DNA of 44,432 nucleotides, taken from positions 70,206-114,637 of the forward strand of contig JAZDNT010000004.1 in assembly GCA_043799405.1 (NCBI GenBank). Direction: 5' to 3'. Position 1 is the first letter of the stretch. The number at the start of each line of letters is the position of its first letter. The DNA comes from Candidatus Kerfeldbacteria bacterium (GTDB lineage: Bacteria; Patescibacteriota; Patescibacteriia; SBBC01). Under the pieces are notes generated by a model that made no database searches, had not been told where the DNA came from, and saw only the letters and a program-made list of their open reading frames with translations. Shown here one piece after another: positions 26,243 to 34,142 of this stretch. The position numbers and the translations under genes were made by a program.

Positions 26243-26941
26243 CTACAGCGTCAATGTATCACCACTGATGTGTATGAGGGTTTTATCGTAGCTCGTATCC
26301 TCATCGAACCGATGTGTCGACGAAGAATACCTCCAGACCTTTAACGTAGCAGTATTGCCGGAGATCATGGTGACGAGACCGTACTCGTTCGTGTACAGTT
26401 TAAGGAATTTAACTAGGACCACGCCCTTGCTTTCTGTCGGCGCAACGGTCGGGCTGTTTACCACATCAGTTCTCTTGTACATGACTTCCCGGACGTGAGC
26501 GCTCGCGCCCGTCGCCTTCGTACCGAATGCAATATAGACCTTTTTTGTTTTCGGCTGGACGATCATGTCGACGTTGTAGCCCTTATAGTGGGCGCCGTAG
26601 AACGGGGCGAGTGAGCGCATGGAGCCGACGCCGGTACTGTAGTATTTAAGCTCGGACGGCGTGCGCGCATCCTTATTCATGAACAGGTACATCGAACCGA
26701 GGTTGGCGCCGAAGTTCACCTTCTTCGCCCATACCGCCCCGGTATACCCTGAGAATGGCCTTAACGTCACCTTTTTGCCGTTGATAGTCGCTTTATACGC
26801 CCCGTTGGTGAGGGAGATCGTCGTGATCGTCGGCTTTGCCGAAGCCGCCGAAGCGCTGTGCGGGAGCATTGAAACTCCCATGAACAAAATGATCGCTGAG
26901 GCAACGACCGGGAGGACAATTTTTTTCATATGCATGTTCAT
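26243..26941 (-). CDS. Secreted basic hypothetical protein
   Basis: Signal peptide MKKIVLPVVASAII...SASA; start at 26941, 26935 or 26929. Confidence 0.75.
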   Translation of the reverse strand: MNMHMKKIVLPVVASAIILFMGVSMLPHSASAASAKPTITTISLTNGAYKATINGKKVTLRPFSGYTGAVWAKKVNFGANLGSMYLFMNKDARTPSELKYYSTGVGSMRSLAPFYGAHYKGYNVDMIVQPKTKKVYIAFGTKATGASAHVREVMYKRTDVVNSPTVAPTESKGVVLVKFLKLYTNEYGLVTMISGNTATLKVWRYSSSTHRFDEDTSYDKTLIHISGDTLTL

Positions 26942-27285
26942 TAATGTTTCTTGTTCCAAGTGTAGACCGGGAACGATAAATCGGCAAATGCAAGGTAAAA
27001 CTGGTAGCCAACCCCGGTCTGGGAGATGGACTGTAGAGGTATTATAAGGCTTTCTTGAGCTATTTTCTATAGCTCGTTTTATGCCTCTCGGTCGGGGTTG
27101 TTTGGATGTTTTCAAAGGAGCAATTTGAGACACGCGTGTCGGTTGGTCTACTAAGTGAGAAATGTAAAAATACCCAGTATTTTCGGCACTATTGAGAGAT
27201 AGAACTTATCTGCATGATACATTATACTTGCATTTTCCTAGGGATTATGAAATAATGTCTTTATCATCACTAATACATCCCAAAA

Positions 27286-27489
27286 ATGGACGACTCAAAG
27301 ACACTTAAAGGAATAGAAAACAAGCTTTCCGCTCTCCTTGCCCTAACGGCATTCGCTGTCTCTGGCAAAGAAAAGGGGGTAAAGCTGGAAGTTCTTCTCA
27401 AGGAAGCGGGGCTGGAAGTTGCTGAAATAGCCAAGGTACTGGGAAAGAAAGAACAGGCAGTACGAAAGATGATAACGCGTTCAAAATAA
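27286..27489 (+). CDS. Small HTH protein 1
   Basis: LLKEAGLEVAEIAKVLGKKEQAVRKMI. Confidence 0.8.
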   Translation: MDDSKTLKGIENKLSALLALTAFAVSGKEKGVKLEVLLKEAGLEVAEIAKVLGKKEQAVRKMITRSK

Positions 27490-27490
27490 T

Positions 27491-27706
27491 ATGGACAATT
27501 CCCACACAAAAGAACTCAACGAGATAGCACAGCTACTGGCCATACTCGTAAAGCGAGGGACCTTGCAGTCCTCAGTCATTCAAGAAATGGGCAGCGTAGG
27601 TATGTCCCCTAAGCGAATTGCCGAACTCCTCGGAACAAGTCCGAATACGGTTAACGTCGCACTTCACCACGCACGGAAGGGTAAGAGAACGAAACATGAA
27701 AAATAA
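27491..27706 (+). CDS. Small HTH protein 2
   Basis: GMSPKRIAELLGTSPNTVNVAL; starts 1 nt after the previous stop. Confidence 0.82.
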   Translation: MDNSHTKELNEIAQLLAILVKRGTLQSSVIQEMGSVGMSPKRIAELLGTSPNTVNVALHHARKGKRTKHEK

Positions 27707-27899
27707 ACAGTTACCAAATCCATTAGACGCGAAGTTGCAGAGGGTTGCCGACCTTTTGGAACAGTTGATTGCGGTGGAGATGTACAGAGGAGGAGCAACG
27801 CAGTCAGATATTGCGGCGAGTTTAGATATGTCTGTCGGAAAGGTTAACAAGCTGGTAAAAGGAGTAAAAGCTCCCAAAGAAAACCATGGCAAAAACTAA
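27696..27899 (+). CDS. Small HTH protein 3
   Basis: GATQSDIAASLDMSVGKVNKLV; ATG 27696 overlaps the previous gene by 11 nt. Confidence 0.8.
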   Translation: MKNKQLPNPLDAKLQRVADLLEQLIAVEMYRGGATQSDIAASLDMSVGKVNKLVKGVKAPKENHGKN

Positions 27900-28092
27900 G
27901 AAGCGAGCAAGACTCACAACAGAGGAAAGACTTTACAAAGCGATGCAGGCTCTCTTTATTCTCCACGCAAGACAGCTGGACATGGGGAACAAAGAGATAC
28001 GTAAAATTCTTGGAGTTGACCAAGCAGAAGTTGATGTGGTGGCCAAGGTGGTAAATAAAGCTCTGAAGAAAGCCAAGAAGCAGAGGAAATAA
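27886..28092 (+). CDS. Small HTH protein 4
   Basis: MGNKEIRKILGVDQAEVDVV; 14-nt overlap with the previous gene. Confidence 0.75.
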   Translation: MAKTKKRARLTTEERLYKAMQALFILHARQLDMGNKEIRKILGVDQAEVDVVAKVVNKALKKAKKQRK

Positions 28093-28096
28093 TTAT

Positions 28097-28975
28097 ATGA
28101 ATATTGTAAGTGACACCAGTGCGAATGCTGATGAAAAGATTGAACGGGCAGCTCGGGTATTGCGAGCCTCTAAGCAGAACAAGGAGGTCTTTGTGGCAAT
28201 CTATAGGGGCAAGAAAGCATGGAAGACCGTCGAGGATATTCGCAGCGCTGTGAGCAATTTCAACACCAATACCTACAAAGCAGCAGCAAAGCTGCATTCA
28301 GAGGACATAGTGGAAAAGAAAGTCACAAAAGCCGTTATCTATTATGGGAAAAAGGATTTTTATATACACAACCGTCAACGCATTCTCAGTCTTTCTGCTA
28401 ACAGTACGCGATTGAAGGCGTACCCCACAAAAAGAAAGAATTCCGACCATACCTCGACCATCAAGAGCTACTCATTCAGAAGTAGACCACAGGCAGAGCT
28501 AGTAACCATTGACGACATTGATTCTTTCAGAGCTGTACGGAGCATTGCGTCGGCAGACGCCACTTCTTTGAAGAGCAAGCCTGAACGTAAGATTAACAGA
28601 GCCATCTGTGCCATTGCTAACCAAAGTGAAAAAAAAGACTGGGGCGGTGAGAGGAACGATATCTATTCGAACAACATCGTTTTCAAGGGAAAACGAAGGC
28701 CTTCTGCCTTTGCCCTGAAAGGCAAAGCAACAATAGGCACGCTCACTCCCAATAAAATGGGAAAGAAGGCTGATCAAGTACAAAGGTTATTTGAGGGCAC
28801 AGCCGAGATTCACTTTGTTGTGCACCACAGTGACATAGATGAGCGCGTCCTTGACCAGATGCAGGTACAGGCAATCGGAAAGTCTGTAGCCACAGGGAAG
28901 AAAATTTATTATTGTCCGATTGACGGCAAGGATCTTGCGAGACTACGTGCGGCTTACCCCACCGCTTTTTTCTAA
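28097..28975 (+). CDS. Putative nuclease: N-terminal winged-helix-like domain plus a restriction-endonuclease-like domain
   Basis: C-half DWGGERND...AFALKG...GK..DQVQRLF...YCPIDGKDL resembles a PD-(D/E)xK core (inference). Confidence 0.6.
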   Translation: MNIVSDTSANADEKIERAARVLRASKQNKEVFVAIYRGKKAWKTVEDIRSAVSNFNTNTYKAAAKLHSEDIVEKKVTKAVIYYGKKDFYIHNRQRILSLSANSTRLKAYPTKRKNSDHTSTIKSYSFRSRPQAELVTIDDIDSFRAVRSIASADATSLKSKPERKINRAICAIANQSEKKDWGGERNDIYSNNIVFKGKRRPSAFALKGKATIGTLTPNKMGKKADQVQRLFEGTAEIHFVVHHSDIDERVLDQMQVQAIGKSVATGKKIYYCPIDGKDLARLRAAYPTAFF

Positions 28976-29145
28976 TTTGAAATCCATAGTAGGGTATTTC
29001 CTGAAATCGAATAGTGGGCATTTATGCCCTTTTTGGGGTGTTATGAATTTTCTCAATATGCAAAAATTTCGGCTAAGTACCCGGGTTTTATCTTATAGTA
29101 AATTTTTCTGGCGGGCCCTCCCTGTCCCTCGATAAAAAATGTTGA

Positions 29146-29220
29146 TGGTAGCCTCAAGGGGAGTTGAACCCCTGTTCTCAGCTTGAAAAGCTGATGTCCT
29201 AACCGCTAGACGATGAGGCC
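29146..29220 (-). tRNA. tRNA-Glu(UUC), CCA encoded
   Basis: 75 nt; acceptor GGCCTCA/TGAGGCT, anticodon arm TCAGC-TT-TTC-AA-GCTGA, GGTTCAACTCC T-arm, ends ACCA. Confidence 0.96.
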
Positions 29221-29427
29221 ATGTTAGTATCGTACCACAACGCGCAGTCACTTCTACTGCGCAGCAGGATTGTAGCTTTTGCGCGCTTTAAATGCAACAG
29301 AAAGCCGGCATTTTATTGTTGTGTACAAGCTGTGTATAGTATTTGGATAATAACAAAAGCGCACTGTTAATGTTGTTTTTTATTCGGAACATCGGTATAC
29401 TGCGAAGTGTAAGAATTAATACAAGGT

Positions 29428-29949
29428 ATGGTCAAAAAAGAGAACGGTCAAAAAACGGAACAGGCTAAGCAGAAAGAAGGGCGGAGCGCCGAAGAATTTT
29501 TCAGCGCGGTTCTGACCGAGCGCGAAACGAAGACCGATCCGCCGGTTTCGACACAGCAGGAAGGCCCGCGGACCAACGAAAAGTGGCTCAATGAGAATTT
29601 TGAAGGGCAGCTCGCCGTTGACGTGTACCAGACCGACAACACCGTTGTCATCCAGTCGACGCTTGCAGGGGTAAAGGTGGAAGACATCGATATCACCGTC
29701 AACAACGACATGGTGACGATCCGGGGATTACGCCGCCACGAGCAGGATATCCCGGCGCAGAGCTACTTTTACCAGGAGTGCTACTGGGGCGGTTTTTCGA
29801 GGTCGATCATTCTCCCCTATGACGTTAAGGGTGAAAAAGTTTCCGCAACGCTCAAGAACGGGATTCTGACGGTCGTACTCCCGAAGGCCGACAAGCCACG
29901 ATCGAAGAACATCAAAGTTCGCGAGGAGTACGAAGAGGACGGATCGTAG
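29428..29949 (+). CDS. Hsp20/alpha-crystallin small heat-shock protein
   Basis: VDVYQT...LAGV..EDIDI...E.YWGGFSRSIILP...A.LKNGIL.V.LPK. Confidence 0.92.
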   Translation: MVKKENGQKTEQAKQKEGRSAEEFFSAVLTERETKTDPPVSTQQEGPRTNEKWLNENFEGQLAVDVYQTDNTVVIQSTLAGVKVEDIDITVNNDMVTIRGLRRHEQDIPAQSYFYQECYWGGFSRSIILPYDVKGEKVSATLKNGILTVVLPKADKPRSKNIKVREEYEEDGS

Positions 29950-29971
29950 TCCCGTTTGGAACAGTACAGGC

Positions 29972-31984
29972 ATGGTGAATCGAAAAGCCAGCAGCGACGC
30001 CCGGAGACGAGCCTCCCGAAGCGGGAGGGTCTTTTTTCTCGTTGCTGCGGGCGTCATCGCGCTGCTTGCGGCCGCTGACGCCGGCATACAGAAACTGTAC
30101 GCCGAAAAGGTGTTGCCGAGAGTTCGTGTCGGGGACATCGCAGTCAGCGGCATGAGGCCAACAGAAGCAGAAGCAGTGATCAATCGCGCGATCGATTCCG
30201 TCAAGAACGAAGGGCTCGTCATACGGTACAACGAGTCGACAATCCCGCTCGATTTTACCATAGCTGACTCAAGCGGCTTCGGCCTTCCTAAAGAACTGTT
30301 ACGGTACGACGCAGAAGCAACGCTTAAAGCTGTATTCGCGTACGGACACCACGATTCTTTTTTCCGTGATACATTCGATAGGCTGAGGATTCTCTTCGTC
30401 TCCGTCGTTATAACACCCTCGTACACTGCGGATGCTACCGGTACTGCTGACGCGATCACCGGCGCGCTTGCAAAGTACGAGCGTCCAGTCGTAGAACCGG
30501 GATATATATTGAAAGGAAGCACGATAACGGTAACGACCGGAGAATCCGGTAGCGTTTTTAATAGCGACGCGATCGCTAACGAGGTTGTTAAGAGAATTCA
30601 GCGATTGTCTCGAACAGAAATTTTCGTGAACCTTGAGCCAAAAGATCCTTCGGTGACCGATGAAGAAGCGCGAGGGCTCGTCAGCGCTGTTCAACGTCTC
30701 GTCGATCGGGGATCGATAGAGCTCCGTGCTGGCGAATTTAAGGGCTTACTAAAAGCATCGCAGTACGTCACGTGGCTAACGCCAGTTCGGCAGAGCAAAG
30801 GAGCCGTTTCTATTGATGCTTCCGGAAAGAAGGTTAGAGAGTACCTTGTCGGCCTCCTTCCGGAAATTAATGTACCGCCGAAAAATGCGCGGTTCCAGCT
30901 CGATAACGGTAGCATAAAAGAGCTTCAGTCAAGCAGCCCCGGAACAGAACTTGACGTCGATGTAGCAGTATCAGCTGTTTCGAAAGCGATCATCGACGGT
31001 AAAAGTTCAGTATCGCTCGCCATGAAGACCGTCTCGCCGCAAGCTACCGCCGGCAGCATCGTAAATCTCGGCATTGTTGAGAAGGTCGCGACCGGAACGA
31101 CGAATTTCGCCGGAAGCCCGACGAACAGGAGGTACAATATCAAGGTCGGATCCGATCTTCTCAACGGTCTTCTCATTAAACCCGGCGAGGAGTTTTCCCT
31201 GATCACGGCGGTCGGTCCCGTAGACGCGACGAACGGGTACCGTCAGGAGCTCGTGATAAAGGGGGATCGCACCATTCCGGAATTCGGCGGCGGCCTCTGC
31301 CAGATCGGTACGACGTTCTTCCGTCTCGTCTTGAACGCCGGACTCCCGGTGCTTGAACGCCAAAACCACTCGTACCGCGTTCGCTACTACGAGCCTCCGG
31401 TCGGAATGGACGCGACGATTTATGAGCCGAAACCAGATCTTCGATTTAAGAACGACTACACCGGCTACCTCCTTGTCCAGACGCACGTCGATGGAGATAA
31501 CCTGACGTTCGAGTTCTGGGGCAAGAAGGATGGCCGGACCGTAACGACGACGCCGCCGCGCGTGTACAACGTCGTTCCGGCACCGCCGCAGCTTACCATA
31601 GAAACAACGGATATTCCTCCGAAAACAACGAAGTGCATTGAAAAGGCGCACGTCGGTTCTGATGCGGTGTTCACCTATACTGTGACGCACGCTGACGGAA
31701 CGAAGAAGAGCCAGGAGTTTAAGAGTCACTACAAACCGTGGCGAGCCGTATGTTACCTCGGGGTGAAGTCGCTCTCGCCGTCGGGTGGCTCTGGTACCAC
31801 GAACACCAACTCAAACACGAATTCAAATGCAAATACGAACACGACGGCTAATACGAACGCGGGCGCGAACACTAACGCTTCTCAAAATAGTAACGCGAAC
31901 ATAAACGCTCCGGCGAATACGAACACGGAACCGTTGGTCAATACGAATACCGCGGCTGATACCAATATAAACGCAGTCCCATAA
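29972..31984 (+). CDS. VanW-family surface protein with putative peptidoglycan-binding repeats and an Asn/Thr-rich tail
   Basis: TM anchor; NRRYNI, PGEEFS, GGGLCQIGTT, ERQNHS, G.DATI, DLRFKN; low-complexity C-terminus. Confidence 0.88.
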   Translation: MVNRKASSDARRRASRSGRVFFLVAAGVIALLAAADAGIQKLYAEKVLPRVRVGDIAVSGMRPTEAEAVINRAIDSVKNEGLVIRYNESTIPLDFTIADSSGFGLPKELLRYDAEATLKAVFAYGHHDSFFRDTFDRLRILFVSVVITPSYTADATGTADAITGALAKYERPVVEPGYILKGSTITVTTGESGSVFNSDAIANEVVKRIQRLSRTEIFVNLEPKDPSVTDEEARGLVSAVQRLVDRGSIELRAGEFKGLLKASQYVTWLTPVRQSKGAVSIDASGKKVREYLVGLLPEINVPPKNARFQLDNGSIKELQSSSPGTELDVDVAVSAVSKAIIDGKSSVSLAMKTVSPQATAGSIVNLGIVEKVATGTTNFAGSPTNRRYNIKVGSDLLNGLLIKPGEEFSLITAVGPVDATNGYRQELVIKGDRTIPEFGGGLCQIGTTFFRLVLNAGLPVLERQNHSYRVRYYEPPVGMDATIYEPKPDLRFKNDYTGYLLVQTHVDGDNLTFEFWGKKDGRTVTTTPPRVYNVVPAPPQLTIETTDIPPKTTKCIEKAHVGSDAVFTYTVTHADGTKKSQEFKSHYKPWRAVCYLGVKSLSPSGGSGTTNTNSNTNSNANTNTTANTNAGANTNASQNSNANINAPANTNTEPLVNTNTAADTNINAVP

Positions 31985-32144
31985 CAGAACACCGCCCGGT
32001 AAGAGCGGCGTACTGTAAGTCGCGACGTAACTCAGGGGCAAGAAGATTATTCATTGGATGAGCCGAGGTTGCCCCAGGCCAACCAGTGTATAGTCCCCAT
32101 GCTTGTCGTGCCCCCGAGATACCTCGCGGCTTTTTAAGCGAACT
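31983..32144 (-). ncRNA. Unassigned structured small RNA (about 160 nt)
   Basis: Promoter TTGACA-17-TGC-TACTAT (32177-32149), long irregular hairpin, terminal 9-bp hairpin; no credible ORF. Confidence 0.6.
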
Positions 32145-32240
32145 GGACATAGTAGCACGACCGATAAAGCCTGTCAAGACCTGGCACAAAATCACTTTTG
32201 TTACATGGGTAGGCACGTGGTATGCTGAAATAGAGCTTTT

Positions 32241-33263
32241 ATGGCGACAGAACGAATCGTATCCGAGGAGCTGAAAACAGAGGATCAGACGATCGACCTC
32301 ACTTTGCGTCCGAGGACGCTTGCTGAATACGTCGGGCAGGACGTCATAAAAGCGAACCTAAAGATCGCTCTCACCGCCGCGAAGAAGCGAAAAGAGGCGC
32401 TTGAGCACGTATTGCTTCACGGGAACCCAGGACTCGGAAAGACAACGCTCGCCTACGTTATTGCGCATGAGCTGGGCGTCGGCGTTCGTATAACGAGCGG
32501 TCCAGCAATTGAACGCGCTGGCGATCTTGCCGCGATCCTTACAGGCTTAAGCGACGGCGACATCCTTTTTATTGATGAGATGCACCGATTGAACCGAACG
32601 ATCGAAGAGGTGCTCTATCCAGCAATGGAAGACTACAAGCTCGACATCGTCGTCGGTAAAGGCCCAGGCGCCCGGACGATCCGGCTCGACCTTCCACGGT
32701 TCACGTTGATCGGTGCAACGACACGGATGAGCGTCATTTCCGGACCGCTCCGTGACCGCTTCGGCCTGACCTTCCGGCTCGACTACTACCGCCCAGAAGA
32801 CATCGAGAAGATCGTGAAGCGTTCAGCGTTGATCCTTAGCGTTACGCTTGCTCCTGATGCTGCGCTCGAGATCGCGAAGCGCGCACGCCGTACGCCCCGC
32901 GTCGCGAACAGGCTTCTGAAGCGCGTGCGTGACTACGCCGCAGTAAAGGGAGACGGGAATGTCAGTAAGGCGCTCGCAATCGAAGCGCTTCGCTCTCTCT
33001 CGATCGATGAGCTCGGTCTCGATGAGATCGACCGCCGGATCCTCGAGACGATCATTGATAAGTTCCATGGCGGACCGGTCGGATTAGGAACGGTCGCAGC
33101 GGCAGTGTCCGAAGAAACGGAAACGATCGAAGAGGTATACGAGCCGTTCCTTCTGCAGCTGGGATTTCTTCAGAGGACCCCGCGCGGACGAACCGCGACG
33201 GCGGAGGCGTATCGGCACCTCGGACGCCGCCCTCCTCCAGAGAGCCAACATTTAAAGGTCTAG
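32241..33263 (+). CDS. ruvB: Holliday junction branch migration helicase RuvB
   Basis: [68 protein letters not shown]. Confidence 0.98.
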   Translation: MATERIVSEELKTEDQTIDLTLRPRTLAEYVGQDVIKANLKIALTAAKKRKEALEHVLLHGNPGLGKTTLAYVIAHELGVGVRITSGPAIERAGDLAAILTGLSDGDILFIDEMHRLNRTIEEVLYPAMEDYKLDIVVGKGPGARTIRLDLPRFTLIGATTRMSVISGPLRDRFGLTFRLDYYRPEDIEKIVKRSALILSVTLAPDAALEIAKRARRTPRVANRLLKRVRDYAAVKGDGNVSKALAIEALRSLSIDELGLDEIDRRILETIIDKFHGGPVGLGTVAAAVSEETETIEEVYEPFLLQLGFLQRTPRGRTATAEAYRHLGRRPPPESQHLKV

Positions 33264-33264
33264 T

Positions 33265-33519
33265 ATGCAGGTACCTCTTGCACTATTTCTCTACGTATAC
33301 CTCGGTATCGTCTTTGGCATCGTCGTTTTCAGTATTATCAGCGTAACCCAGGCGCTGCGATTTGGCCTTCGGTCGTTTGCGGCGACCCTGATGAGCATCA
33401 CCTACCTCGTTGTCATCGTTGTCCTGCTTATCGTTACGTGGTCTGCCGTGAGGGGCGTTGATTGGTCGTCGTCGTTCTCGATCGATCTACCCGGTATCGC
33501 GATGAGCACATCTGTATGA
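33265..33519 (+). CDS. Small 2-TM membrane protein
   Basis: Starts 1 nt after the ruvB stop; ATGA overlap with the next gene. Confidence 0.7.
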   Translation: MQVPLALFLYVYLGIVFGIVVFSIISVTQALRFGLRSFAATLMSITYLVVIVVLLIVTWSAVRGVDWSSSFSIDLPGIAMSTSV

Positions 33520-34142
33520 AACCTGAGCAACTGCATTTTCCCGGAAAGCACCCTGACGAAGTCGTTATCTTCATTCAACGCCGGCACTGGTCGATGCTCT
33601 TCGGAAAAATGGCGCGGTGGGTTATCCTCATGGCGTTGCCGATCGTTGTAGTGCTGCTCCTCAACGCAACGAGCGGAATGTTCTCTATCAGCGAAGATTC
33701 GGTCGGAGGAATACTCATGGTACTCGGCGGCTCGCTCTACCTCCTTATCGTTTGGATACTGCTCTTCCAGGACTGGATCGATTACTACCTGGACGCGATC
33801 ATTCTTACGAACGGGCGCATTGTACATATTGAAATGAGGGGCGTGTTCAGTCGTGAGGTATCACAGCTCGCTCTTGACCGCATCCAGGACGTTACCATCG
33901 AAACGAAGGGCATGATGTCGACGCTTTTCGGGTACGGAACCATAACCATTGAGAGCGCCGGCGAACAGGTGAACTTCATTATCAAAAATGTTCCAGAGAT
34001 AGAAAAGATCCAGTCGACCATTCTTATGTACGCGAAACAGGCGCCGCGCATGGGCGTCGACCGTCAGCAACCGTCGGACCCCGCTCCTTCAACCCAACAA
34101 GCAGCACCCCAGAAACCCCCGTTTATTAAAGGTAAGCCTTGA
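33516..34142 (+). CDS. Membrane protein with a bacterial PH-like domain
   Basis: Two TMs then IILTNGRIV...GVFSR....L..IQDVT.....GYGTITIESAG. Confidence 0.8.
   Translation: MKPEQLHFPGKHPDEVVIFIQRRHWSMLFGKMARWVILMALPIVVVLLLNATSGMFSISEDSVGGILMVLGGSLYLLIVWILLFQDWIDYYLDAIILTNGRIVHIEMRGVFSREVSQLALDRIQDVTIETKGMMSTLFGYGTITIESAGEQVNFIIKNVPEIEKIQSTILMYAKQAPRMGVDRQQPSDPAPSTQQAAPQKPPFIKGKP

Noticed and set aside
27002-27009. TGGTAGCC matching the tRNA-Glu 3' end as an att repeat
   Set aside because: An 8-bp match is expected by chance about once in 44 kb on two strands, and it lies in the leader of the neighbouring gene outside the AT-rich block.
17175-28975. Prophage or diversity-generating retroelement
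   Set aside because: No structural phage genes, integrase or reverse transcriptase, and no A-variable repeat pair was seen.
29109-29132. tRNA-3'-like fragment (...GGGCCCGCCA on -)
   Set aside because: Spacing from TCGA to CCA is wrong and no T-stem forms.
31795-31981. Repetitive AAC/ACG-rich DNA as a CRISPR or tandem repeat
   Set aside because: No constant repeat-spacer period; it is the in-frame low-complexity VanW tail. No CRISPR array or cas gene was seen in the window.
31938-32216. 92-aa ORF on - across the vanW-ruvB gap
   Set aside because: It starts upstream of the strong promoter and overlaps vanW; the RNA structure explains the region better.
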